Source: Lytechinus pictus (Eukaryota). Taken from it: a DNA stretch of 64,000 nucleotides. The stretch covers positions 22,756,001 to 22,820,000 of the forward strand of contig NC_087252.1 of the NCBI RefSeq assembly GCF_037042905.1, given 5' to 3'. The number at the start of each line of letters is the position of its first letter. The first letter of the stretch is position 1. Below, one piece after another: positions 11,401-23,923 of this stretch. The notes beneath the pieces are model-generated. The model was not told the DNA's origin, made no database searches, and worked only from the letters and a program-made list of their open reading frames with translations. The translations under genes were made by a program, and so were the position numbers.

Positions 11401-14400
11401 TTATCGGTACACTTGAAACAACACAGTCAGGGTTCTAGTTCTCGTCCTTTCAAGTGTTCACTGTGTGATCTGGCCTTTATTAGGCAGTCTGACCGTACCA
11501 AGCATTTGAAATTCGTCCATGGCCTTGACCAAGCTGATATTGATGCTAGTGCATTGAACAAAAAGGAAATAAAAGTGGAACCAGGAACTACACCACCACC
11601 TAGTACCCCTCAGACTAATGCACTTCCTGCTGAAGTGCATGTATGCCATAGATGTGGTGCACGTTTTGACTCATTTTGGGGTCTGGAGAGCCATTCAAGA
11701 GTTCATGAAAAACACTCGAGGTTTCCTCGTCCGTATAGATGCATTGAATGCGGAGCTGCCTTCAAAGGACTTTCCAATCACACGCGCCACATGAGGGTTC
11801 ATACCCCAGAATATATCCTGGAGACAAAGAAGATCCTGAGTAACATGCCTGGCAGGAAGTCAAGAATTCAAACATCCACAACAAATCTGCCAGTGAAACC
11901 CACTGTGGCACCAACGGATAAAGGACCATTTTTGAGTGGAAAGGAAGCTAGGCCCCATGTGTGTCCCAAGTGTGGTACGAGCTACAAGTATGCAAGGAAC
12001 CTTAGGAAACATATCCCTCGCCATATCAAGTCCAGTGACCGCCCTTTCCAGTGTAAAATCTGTGGAATTTATGCCAAGACTAAAACCAGCATTACCAAGC
12101 ACAGTCAGATTCATGGTCCACAATCAACCTCTCGAAGAGCTTCCCATGACTGCCAAAAGTGTGGAAGTTCTTTCCCAACCAAGCAAGAGCTGATGAAACA
12201 TCTAGCAGTTCATACCCAGTCCATATCTTCTCAGTCCATGTTTAGATGCAAGTTCTGCAATGCTGGCTTCAAGCACAGAGGATCCCTTACCATCCATGAA
12301 AGGTCCCATTCCAAACTGAACTTTGGCTTCAAATGGGAGAAAACCAAAGTTGTGAAAACACCAGATCTTTTCCGGAACGGTAGCAAGAAGGTATTTGTTA
12401 TAAAAGGCTTGCAGTGTCCGGTGTGTATGAAAACTTTCACAAGACGTTCCGGTGTCAGCAATCACAAGAGAGTTCACCCAGATGTCGAGTTTGTCTGGGA
12501 GGAAGAACTAAGAGGATCGGTAGACATGACTTTGGACAGGCCTTATCAGTGTAGTATTTGTCTCATGAGATTCATGAGGCGATCAGGCCTATCTAATCAC
12601 ATGCACTCTCACCGTATCAAAGGGAGCAAAAGCGATGAGTCACCGTCAAAGCTTCAGGCAACACCAGAAAGCAGTGGTTTCCTTCTAAATACAGAAAATG
12701 AACAAACGACACCAAGGGCAGAGGAAAGACCATTCTCTTGTGAGCAGTGTTCGTGCACTTTCAAAACCAAAGGATCACTGACAACACATACCAAAGTTCA
12801 TAGCCATGATAAAATGGATGAGCGTAATCATGTCTGCGACATCTGCGAGTGTAGGTTTATAAGCTCTACTAACTTGAAGAAGCATCAACGAGTCCACACT
12901 GGCCAACCAGGGACTCCGATACAGTCTGATCCTGTCTCGAAGTATTCTCAACTGGAAAGTTCTGAGAGTATAGATATCAAGACCAAACGGCCTTTTCGGT
13001 GTAGATTATGCGGTGAAACGTTCAAAGCGAAGCATCTCCTTGATGACCACATTCAGATCCATAGCATTTCCCCGAGACAGTCTGTAGTGAAACCAAAGGA
13101 ACTTGGGGCATTGTCTGCAGATGTAAGTGAAAGTAGTGGAGAAGCTTTCATGAGAATGACAGATAGACCCTTTCCATGTCCAACATGTGGTGACAGATTT
13201 CGACTGAAGACTACCTTATACAAGCACATTCGCCTTCACAGGCAGAGCGCTGGAAAACCCTTCCGCTGTGTAGAGTGCGGCCTTGGATTCTATTCTATTG
13301 GTAACATGACCAAGCACTTAAAACGGGCCCATCGCAGATTTTCAAACAATGTAGGAGATGAACCTGTGGCTGAGATCTTGGAAAGCCTGAAAGTCACCCC
13401 AGAACCAGTGTCACCCTCGGTCAGTTCTCCGAACAGATCTATCAGGTCTCCTTTCAAAGCAAGACCTTTCTCATGCAAGTACTGTGGAGATACCTTCACC
13501 ATGAGATGCAACATGAACAGGCATCGGAAGCGGCACGAGACTGGAGACAACTTGCCTTTCCGCTGTACCCACTGTGGGTTCGGATTCAAGAGTATCAAGG
13601 AACGGACGAAGCATATAGTCCGCGTTCATAACCGAGATCCCAAAGAGCATGTACAAACTGATACTAGGAAACCAATACGTACAGGAATGAAAACCTACAA
13701 GTGTCCAATATGCAGTGATAACTTCACCGACTCTTCAGGAATTTACAAGCACTTGCGTGTCCATGCTAAGAGTGCTAATAAGCCATACAAATGTGAGATT
13801 TGCAAAATTGGATATAATACCATGGTTGGCCTGTCTAGGCATCGGGGTCGAGTCAACCACTATGTCAGTGATAATGGCGATGAAGGTTCAGCAAGATCAT
13901 CTCAACAGCCACCAAGAGACATTAAACCAGATATAAGCACCCTGCAGAACAACTTGGGAAAGACTTTGCATAAATGCCGCTATTGCCCTGCCACCTACAG
14001 GGACAGATCCTCTGTCTGGAGACATGAAAGGGTTCACAAACTTGGTGTATCGAATTCAAGACCGTTCTCTTGTAAGACCTGTGGACTGGCTTGCTACTCT
14101 AGGGCCCATCTAGAAAGGCATGTACAGATTCACCGCAGAGCTCCGGGATTCGGACCAGATATGCATGCGAGAAAGAAATCAACCTCGGATCGCTGCAAGA
14201 GATGCGGGTTGGCATTCCGTACAAAGAGTCACTATCTAGTTCACATGAAACGGTGCTCCAGAACTTCGTCATTTGTTTGCAACATTTGCTCCATTCCTTT
14301 TAGCAATCAGATCATGCTCACCAAACACGTTCGTCAGGATCATGGTGGCTATCAAAGGGATGTCATCAACTTTTGTGGTAGGAGAATTGTTAGGGAAACC

Positions 14401-17400
14401 GGTGCTGACAAGAAGTTTTGCTGTGACCAATGTGACCAAAGGTACAAAAGACCTAGTGAACTTGAAAAGCACTTGCGACGCCATGCACTTGGCCTCATCA
14501 GACCCCAAGAGGGCTTCTCTCCTACTGCAATCAAGCAAGAGGAGGATATTGAAGTGAATGTTGAAACCTTAGAAGAAAGTTATGAAGAGAATCTTTCTGG
14601 AGGAGGCAAGACAGAGGAAACCCATCAGTTACCTGAAGTGGAAGAATCTCCAAATAGTTCAGGCAGTTGGTTTATGACAGCTGGTCGAACACCCGTTCAC
14701 AATAGAACAAACAAGTCTGATAGGGCCCGACCATTTGTATGCCAGACCTGTGGGTTCGCCTTCATGACAGTCATCCATCTACGCAAGCATACACGACTTC
14801 ATACAATAGCCCACACAAAGCCATATGTTTGTAAGATCTGTACCTTGGGTTATACTAGATTATTGGACTATCACAGGCACTGCAATGTTGTTCACCCATG
14901 GGGAAAGGGTAATCAAAATGAGGTCAGGTGTCCTCGTTGCAAGGAGAAATTTGACACTAAGAGTGATTTGGTAGAGCACCTGGAGAAACAGACGTGCAAG
15001 TTTGTAGATGACCTTCCAGAAGTGGAGACAAGTCAGCAAGGTGGTGATGGAGGTGACCAAAGTAATGAGGTGTCTGATGCAGTAGAAGGAGTGGAAGGTA
15101 CCATGAGTGCTGCCACCAGGCTAGGATTCAGTAACAGAGATTTGACTTGTCCCATATGTAACTACCAATTCCTTGCCAAACCTCATCTCGAAACACACAT
15201 GAAAGTGCATGACAACTGGGAGAACCAGCCATACAGATGCGAGCGATGTCAAATTGGTTATAGTACTAAGCAGCATTTAACCAAGCATGTCAACATGAAC
15301 GTTCAGTGTATCAAACTGGCAAAGGAAAAGGAAAGGAAGAGGCTATTGGATGAGAAAAATAATCTTTTGACCAACAGTAGTACAGAGTTGGATGCAGCAC
15401 CAGAAGAGATGGTACCGCAGCAACCCCAGCTATCGCGAAGTGGAAAGGTGAAGCGGCATATCTGCCATCACTGCAATAAGAGCTTTGTCAAAAGAAGTCA
15501 ACTACGCATCCATCTTGAGTATCACATACCATCACCTGATAGACCACATGTGTGTGCCAAGTGTGGTATGGGCTACAAAACCCTCTCAAACTATGCTAAA
15601 CACATGAAATGGGAACATTCCAAGCCTTCTGCTTCTCCGGCAAAATTAACAGCAGCGATATACATGTGTAGGGACTGCGGGTATTCAGTCACCAAGAAGT
15701 CTCTGTTGGAAGAGCATACCCGCTTCGGGTGCCCTAAAAAGAAGGAAAACCCTGCCACGGAAGCACCTCAAGCCTGTCCAGTATGCGGTAATTACTTCAA
15801 TTCATCTGTGATGCTTTGCATCCATATCCATGAACATATCTATCACAAGCTCTTCAAGTGCACCAAATGTCCTCTTAGATTCTCCAATCCAGAGGAGAAG
15901 AAGAAACATGAGCAAAACCACCCTGACTGGAATGAGATGCTACTGCAACTGTTGTCCTCAGAGTTCAACAGGAGGCTGAATCCAGAAGATGGGCAGGGTG
16001 TCAGGGTAAAGTTAGAACCGGGTCTTGAAGAGCCAGTAGAACCCCTAGTGCCATATGTTCCTGAGAAGGTCCTACAGGATGGACCAGCCTCTGGAGTCCT
16101 GGTGGTAAAACCAGAACCTGTGGATGAACCAGAGTACAACTATGATCTTGGATCTCTTCAGGATAGTGCTCTTGGAGATTATCAAGCCCTGCTTCCTGAC
16201 ACGTCAGACAGCATACTGCCAAGTATTTTGCAGCAAACAAGAAGACCAGAAGGACAATCTTCATCTGCCAGAAGACTGGAAAAAATAGTGTCAAATCTTG
16301 CAGCTCAAAAACCATCATCATCAGATTCAAGGTTACATTCTTCATCAGGTATATTTTCTGTATCTGGTTTAAGTTCTCAAAGAAGACCCAGTTCAGAGAA
16401 TGTGCCAAGTACATCAACATCTGTTTTGACATCAGTTTCCAGTGTTGTAACTTCCGCCTCAAGTGTGTTTCCTGCAGCTTCGGATGTTGGTGAAATGCCC
16501 GACTCGGAGACCTTGGTAAAACAAGTGACAGAGGCATTGCCAAGTAGCAGTCCAAGGGTATCTGACAAGTCTCAATCTGATGTCGTCTTGACCAAGAAGT
16601 CTGTTGAGCAAAAGGCAAGTCCAAAACAGAAACTGTTCCGTTGCAGATATTGCCCTTCAGCATTCAGGCTGAAAGGACTCTGCATGGCTCATGAACGTCA
16701 AGCACACAGGAAGATCTACTCAAAGGCATCAGGCACCAGCAAACAACCTCTTAAAGATCTCAGCAAGATGTCTGTATGTAACATTTGCAATGCTGTATTC
16801 GAACAACAGTCAAGTTTGTCAAGGCATATGCTATTCAAACATGGAGTTCCTTTGAAACCCAAAGAACCTGAAAGGGATTATACTGCAGATAAAGCAGAAG
16901 TACATCATATTTCAGATGATGAGGGGCCAATTATAACAAGTATAACGAGCCTAGGAAACATGCACCATGGAACTGCCTATCAAAGGCAACCATCATTGTT
17001 GCAGCAACGTCTTGAGGCTCCTCTCTCGCCGTCATTGATGCCATCATCATCTTCTGGCCAGCCAATGTCTCGATTAGAATCTCTGCTGACAGGAAGATCG
17101 TTATCACCAACTAACCAGTCTGCCCTCCTTTCAAGAGGTGAGCTGGACTACAGGCCCTACAGATGTGACAAGTGCAACTTTGCCTTCACCCAACGGCACC
17201 ACCTCGTCCGACACATCAAGAGAGACTCTTGTGCCTTCCATGTTCTTGGGCGGAAGGCTGCTGCCCAACTCAAGGAAGGGGATACAGGAAGCAAACCTCC
17301 ACCCAAAAATGTTCAGGGTATAAAGATCAAGGTCCCAGAGAAGAAGCATAAATGTACCAAGTGTCCTCGAGCTTTCTGGAAACGTATCCGATTAGAAAAC

Positions 17401-17757
17401 CACATGAGGGTCCATCATGGAGTAGGTCTCTACAAATGTAAGTTCTGTGCCCAGGAATACAAGCTACAGGTGGATTGCTTGGAGCATGAAGAGTCTTGCC
17501 CGTTCGGTCCTGGAGCAATGGACGATTTGGACCTGAACGGTGGAGATCTGGACTATGAGCAGGATGTGGATTTTGGCCAGGCCGAGGATCTGGATCTAAG
17601 ATCAGACACAGAGCTTGAGCAGGCTCAAGCACAAGCATTTGCTGAAGATCAGAATGAGGACTTTGGATTTGAGAATTCTAACCATCTCGGTGACGGGATT
17701 GGAGATGACGATCGGGAATGGATGGGGATGCAGATCAAACAAGAACCTCTTGATTAG
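8402..17757 (+). CDS. Terminal coding exon of a very large multi-C2H2 zinc-finger protein (~56 fingers)
   Basis: Uninterrupted 3135-codon ORF; acceptor ctgtatttcag at 8391-8401; about 50 CxxC-x12-HxxxH(H) and 6 C2HC motifs counted by eye; TAG stop at 17755-17757. Confidence 0.95.
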
Positions 17758-19618
17758 CAGTCTTGTCTGTGATGATCCCAAAGCAACAACACCACCACCT
17801 CTGCATCTTGATAAGAATTTATTTTACATTTCTTCCTTTTTCTGTCTCTTTCTCCTGATGTAAATTTTCTTAAAAGACAATCATCAGCCCTCATGCCAAA
17901 TTTAATTGCACGTGTTATCGTTCTTGTTGATCATATATTATGTACAAAGAAGCTTAAGTTGATTATGCATTACTGATTATGCTTTACAAGTTTGTCGAAT
18001 TTGGAATAATCATTAAACTAACAAAATGCATTCTCACTATCAATGCTAAATTTATCAAAATTTAAGTGATCGCAGCAAGCAATGATTCCAGGAAATTATG
18101 TTGAACCCTTATAATAAAGGTGAATTCTTATCTCATTGTAAAATGTACTTTTGATGCAAGTCAAATGTTAAAAATGTAATGAAAACCAGCTGGAAAAAAA
18201 AAAAGAAAATCATGAACACTGATGAGCTCTTTATTGGCATGTGTGCATTGGTTATGCTTTGGTAATAAAAAGTACCTTGAAAATTCATCTCATAGCCGAA
18301 CATGCTGCTTATTCTGCTAAGAACTTAGCAATTTCTCACTATCTAATATAATTATTGTTCACATATTAATTTATATTGTACAGTGCCTACTTTCATGTAG
18401 CTTGTTGTATGGGAGGCTGAGTGTACAATGTTGAGTACCATTGCACATGTACCGTTGAAAATGCGCCATTGCAAGTTCAGTATGCGTAGGGCCTTCTGGC
18501 TAAACATGCACTGTTACTGTAGATATTGCTTTTTTTTAAATATAATTTTCCTCATTTTCGTAGATTTACGTCAGAAAAAAATTATTTGTATCTATCCTAA
18601 CTTCCGAGGCATTGTACAACACACATAGCAAATATTCTTATTCATGCAATGGTACAAGATTTCGCGTTCAGTGAAAGAAAGAGACACTAGTAAACTCGGC
18701 TACGCCTCGGGGAATAGAGCATCTTTCTTTCACCTCGTGCTAAATGCTGTACCATCAGACACCTGTGTCTGTTTGAATACTGTACACACCATCACCTTAA
18801 CATAAAGTTTTAGAATTCATGGCATGATCGTTACACACCACTGGAGGAGTGTTTTTTTTCTTATTAAGGGAAATGGAATTTTTAGAACAATTGGAAAGAT
18901 AAAAACAGTACTGCCTCATTATATGAGGAAATTTTCTTTCTGTATATATCCCAGCCCAAGGAATTTAGTTTCCTAAAGTTTTACCAATTTTATGGTGCAT
19001 TATCTGTGCATGCTTTGAATATAAACATTAACAATTTTATATCCAGCAAACTTATCTTCATTATTTAGTATCTGTTTTCTTTCCCTGTATTGTTTCCTGT
19101 TTGCTCTGTAATTAATTCTAAAAATATGCTGGTCCCTTTCGTCTTTGCATTATATGTAACCAGGAATATCCTGCTAAGCAATTACTTTTGGTTTCTATTA
19201 CAAAAGAATGTCGGATTATCTTCCCAGTTTCAGTATTTTTTAACTTATTTTTTAATTTTTGTTCTGCGTTTGCTTCAATCCATGGAATTTAAAGTTCATG
19301 ATTGTCCAGATTCTATGGGTACAAACATTCATATTTACATCAATTGCAATGCAATAATAATTAAAGTTATTCTTTGTTGGTTGAAATTAACAACTGACGA
19401 AGCTTTTGCTCTCAACACAGGAAATGATCTTGAATAATTACCTCAAAATTTTTCGGCTATTGAATGCAGCTTTCATCCCAAATTTGCCCCGATCATTGAT
19501 CATTGCATTACGATTAAAGCGGGTCCCATCGCTAAGGATGGCTGAAGTCGGGAGCCAAAAATGTTGAGGTAAATTAACTCTTATATATTTTTTTCTTATA
19601 TTGAGAGCAAAAGCTTAA

Positions 19619-20202
19619 AGGAGAATGAAACCCTTGAAACGAGCTGAATCCATATCAAAGAGAAAAATCAAAGAAACATATTGTTGAAAGTTTGGGGAAG
19701 ATTGAATGAATAATAAGAAAGTTATGAGCATTTGAATATTGAGATCACTAATGCCATGTAGATCCTCCCATTGGCAATGCGACCAAGATCTGTGATGTCA
19801 CACACGTACAACTTCCTCATTACTTTAGTACTTATTTCACTTATATTCTCACTTTTATAGAGTCTATCACGAGGTGAGGTGTTCTCTTCATGAGAGGACA
19901 AGTACAGAGGTTTCACAACATTATATCATTGATGAATCGTTTGTCATATGATTAGAATGAGCAAAAAGAGATGTTTTGGTGTATATTTTCAGTGTCCAAA
20001 AGGGGAGAGTTGTTCATCTGTGACATCATAGATCTTGGTCGCATTGCCAATTGGAGGATCTCCATAGCATTAGTGATCTCGACATTCAAATGCTCATAAC
20101 TCTTCTATTGCTAGTCCTATTTTACTCAAATTTTTGTTGATCTTATTCTTTGATTTTTCTGCTTTCACAAAAGCTAACTTACTCCAAGAGTTTCATTCTC
20201 CT
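19619..20202. mobile_element. Non-autonomous Kolobok-like DNA transposon
   Basis: TTAA|aggagaatgaaac ... gtttcattctcct|TTAA; long imperfect inverted arms. Confidence 0.8.
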
Positions 20203-20357
20203 TTAATTGTTGTTTTCAACCAACACAGAACAACTTTCATTATTATTGCATTGAAATTGGTGTAAATATGGATGCATTGCTAACGTACATGTAATTTTGC
20301 ATATGCCAACCTACAATGAGTTGAATATTTTCACCCAGATTGAAGCAGTTTTTAGAC

Positions 20358-20553
20358 CAGGGGGGTGTTTCACAAAGATTGAAGTATGACTTAAATCGCA
20401 CTTGAATGCCGACGCGTATCTGAAATACAATGCGCTATCTAATTGATCAATACGCAGTAGTGCGTGTCATTGCATGATTTGACCGATGCGGTTTTACTAG
20501 ACATTTAAGTGCGACTCTAAGTTATACTTAAAATCTCTGTGAAACACCCCCTG
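20358..20553. mobile_element. MITE with GGG termini, CWG-type target
   Basis: cagggggg tgtttcacaaagatt ... aatctctgtgaaacacccc ctg inverted ends. Confidence 0.7.
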
Positions 20554-21202
20554 ATCTTTTGGTGTCACAGAAATCTGTTCAACTTAGAAGGTGTGAATTA
20601 CAAGTTTGCATTTTCATTGTGGAAAACATGTTTTGACTAAGGTGACTATTTGACTTTAATATGGAACGTCGACCTATTCCTAAGCAAAGTTTACTGTATA
20701 CCTCTTAGTCAAATTTATTTTTCTAAGTCAAATTTTTTTTTTGTAGTCCCAAATTAATTGACTTGGGCAAAGTTACCTGTAGATAATTATAAATATCTTT
20801 CTTGGCCTTAAAAGGCCCTTAATCACTATCTTTCTTTTTAAATACGGCAGTGAAATTATCATTATTGTAAATGTGCACGCATTGCCTTCGAATGCACCCA
20901 GAGAAAATGTTGAATTGGATCAGTTTCAGTATGCGTGCATCTTTTTCCCGCTTTGGTCGTCCACCATCACCAACGCTGGTTGGGTTCTGTTAACGCTGGT
21001 CTACTCTCCTCGTGATGTGATTTGAATGCTTGAGAGGTGACATTCAACGAAATCTCGAGAACGTCCTTCAAACTTGAATTTGTCTTTTTATTTAGTTAAG
21101 ATCACCATGCTAAAGGTTGTCGTAAGAGCGAATACATCTCAATGTCAGAAACATCAGGGCCTCAATGATGTACAGGGCAGAGTAAAACAATATGTTGTGA
21201 TT

Positions 21203-21392
21203 AATAATAATACTAGTCGGTTCTTGTATAGCGCATAACACATTATGAATAATGTCTCTATGCGCTTCCAAAGGACTTGGATATTATTACCCCGGCTGTA
21301 GCTCAAGCAGCCTTTCCAGCGCTCGGCATTTCCAGGAATAAATTCCTGCCAGTTACCCATTCACCTCACCTGGGTTGAGTGCAGCACAATTT
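21203..21392 (-). mobile_element. SINE 3' portion (conserved-core SINE with (TAT)n-type tail); related fragments at ~32746-32840, ~46596-46738 and ~52880-53100
   Basis: Minus strand tgtgctgcactcaacccaggtgaggtgaatgggta..ggcagg core and aagcgc..agag..gcgctata..tattattatt tail shared among copies. Confidence 0.6.
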
Positions 21393-23523
21393 ATAGCATG
21401 CTGGTAACAACTACTCTGATTGGTTGTCGGTCAGTCTTCTTAACAAAATGCACATGTGACAATTATTTTGATTGGTCAATCGGTTTACTATTTTAGTATT
21501 ACAAAATGCACATGTTACAATTATTTTGATTGGTCAATCGGTTTACTATTTTAGTATTACAGAGCCTAATTGTTAGATCAGTTTCTTTTATGTTGTCATG
21601 AAGTGCAATCAGTTGTGGAAATAAATTTCTCACTTGGTTGCTACAAATCTTTGAATATACGCCAAGTTTACTTTCCACTATATGATCCTAAGGCGATTGA
21701 ATTGGAATTTTGATTTCTTTTACATTTTAATTTATATGTAGTTATCTCTTGCATAATGCATGTTTATTTGTATTGTAAAGAACATTTGATTTGTGACTAT
21801 CTTTCTCTTTTTGTTTTGTTTTCAATGAAGTACACATCTCATTATCAAATGCAAGGAAATGTATGATCACTGTATTGTAATTTATGTAAGTTCTTTTTAA
21901 GTTTAGTAAAAAAAAAATTCTGAAAATTCTTTTACAAATTGCATTATTCAGAATAGTTTTCAGAATATGTCAGACCTGACAATAGTCTGACATTACAACA
22001 ATTTGTCAAAAGTGACTGGGATCTCTTTATCTGATTGGTCGAGACTGGTAAATTTGCCATTATTGTAATTTCCATGGAAGCCTTGATTGTGATTGGCTGT
22101 TGAGTCTTGTAACCATGGTAATTACCATAATTGTTATGTAACGCATGTGTTATACACATTTTCCAAGTTGGATTTCACTGAAGATTTCTGAGAGCCCAAG
22201 AGATTTGATTTTGGCAAAGTCATCTGTATACAGGGGTGTGAGAGTTCAGATTTTTTTGTTTTGATTTTCAGCTTATTTTTGGCCTTCCTCTGTACAAAAA
22301 GTATGGGAGCTCTTTCTATTTCAGGCTTTTTCAACACTCTTCAGCTTTTTCCAGATCTTTGTATTTGTGACCACTCACACCCGTGTATACGTCCTCCATT
22401 CGCCATTCACTGTGTACTGCATTTTATCAGTGCACTAATATTAAAAACTGAAACCGAGTGGTTATTGTACAGTTGTATATTGGAATTATAAAATTCTGTA
22501 GTCATCAAGTTAAAAATTCAAACAGTACAACTTCTATTTTTATGCAATTGCTTTAAAATTAGTGATGTGTTCAAGAATGCATGCACACATGTACTATGTA
22601 TATTGGTAACTTAGATATAATTGCTTCATTTAAAATCATATACCGTCCGCATCAAACTGAAGAATCGGTTCTTGATTTCAAAACTTACCTACATGTACAG
22701 TACACTGTAAAAAGCAGGATAGCATTTCATGAAACACTGATAGGTGTTATAAGCCACCGAAATCCTTGCTTCGGATTGGCTCAGAGCAAATTTGGTCAGT
22801 GAAAATCAGGGAGATGTTTTATGAAACTCTCCCAATTTGCTGAATTTAGCCTACTTTGGAGGGAATGTGCCTCTTTACATGTAGGTGCAGATATAATCTC
22901 TGTTTTAGATATTTATTTTAGATACTTATAATTTTGCCCTGTTTTGTCTTAGATTGAAGCATCACTCTTGATTAAAAATCATAGCTAGGAACACCATTGC
23001 ATATTCTAGTATGATATTTGATATTTGCAATTAATGAAGAATTCAGATTTTTAATATGTCAAAATTTTATTACTTCTATTATGTTCTTTAAAAAACAACA
23101 ACCTGGTTATACATGATAAAATATCTGATTTTTAATGGCATCTAAAGTACAAAATTACAATTATTATTGCATTCTTTATGTATTCAATTTGAATACTTGG
23201 TGATACAAGTCATATGACAAGTTTGTGAAAAAAGTGGTTCTATTGATATCAGTGGAAAAAATGATTGATATATAAAAATTATGATTCTGATTGCATTCGT
23301 ACATTATGATCACTTTTTAATATTGTGATACATGAAAATAGTGGGATAATTTTTTTGATGACATCAAAAATTTTCTTCAGATTATGTTTTCAATTTTAAA
23401 TAGCGATAAAATGTTATTTGATGAGTTGGTGAAAAAAAGTTTATTTTTTATGATATCAAATATATGATTCGCATTGGCATTTCTCCATGTTTATGATCAA
23501 TTTTAAAACCTGGTACATGGGAT

Positions 23524-23923
23524 GGTAAATTGCCAATTCGTCCACTCACCACATGGTCTACTTTCATTTAGTCTAATGCCATTCCGTCCATCAACATTTC
23601 ATCTAACAACCATTCGGTCCAATAACCATTTGGTCGATTCATCACTTCGTCTTATCACCATTTCATCTATTTCCATTTTCCATTTCATCTAATAACCAGT
23701 TGGTCTTAGACTAATGCCCATTTCCTTTTCATTCATTTTGCACAATCAACACTTAAGTTTGATTAGACCAAATGGTATATGGACTAAATGGCTATTGGAC
23801 CAACTGGCTATTAGATGGAATGGCATTAGACTAAATGAAAGCAGACCATGTTGTGAGTAGACAAACTGATGATAGACCAAATGGTAGTAGACGAGGAGGC
23901 AATTGGACGAATTGGAAATAAAC
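23524..23923. mobile_element. Foldback-like MITE with short subterminal repeats (ttggtctaat / attagaccaa); related element at ~27570-28001
   Basis: Left half has repeated (tt)ggtcta motifs, right half has repeated tagacca(a); termini ggtaaattgccaattcgtc / gacgaattggaaataaacc. Confidence 0.7.

Noticed and set aside
16001..16663. 220-aa antisense ORF and other shadow ORFs overlapping the two zinc-finger exons
   Set aside because: No recognisable motifs; expected by-products of long coding sequence
21443..21561. Two-copy ~58-bp direct repeat
   Set aside because: Simple local duplication with no further structure
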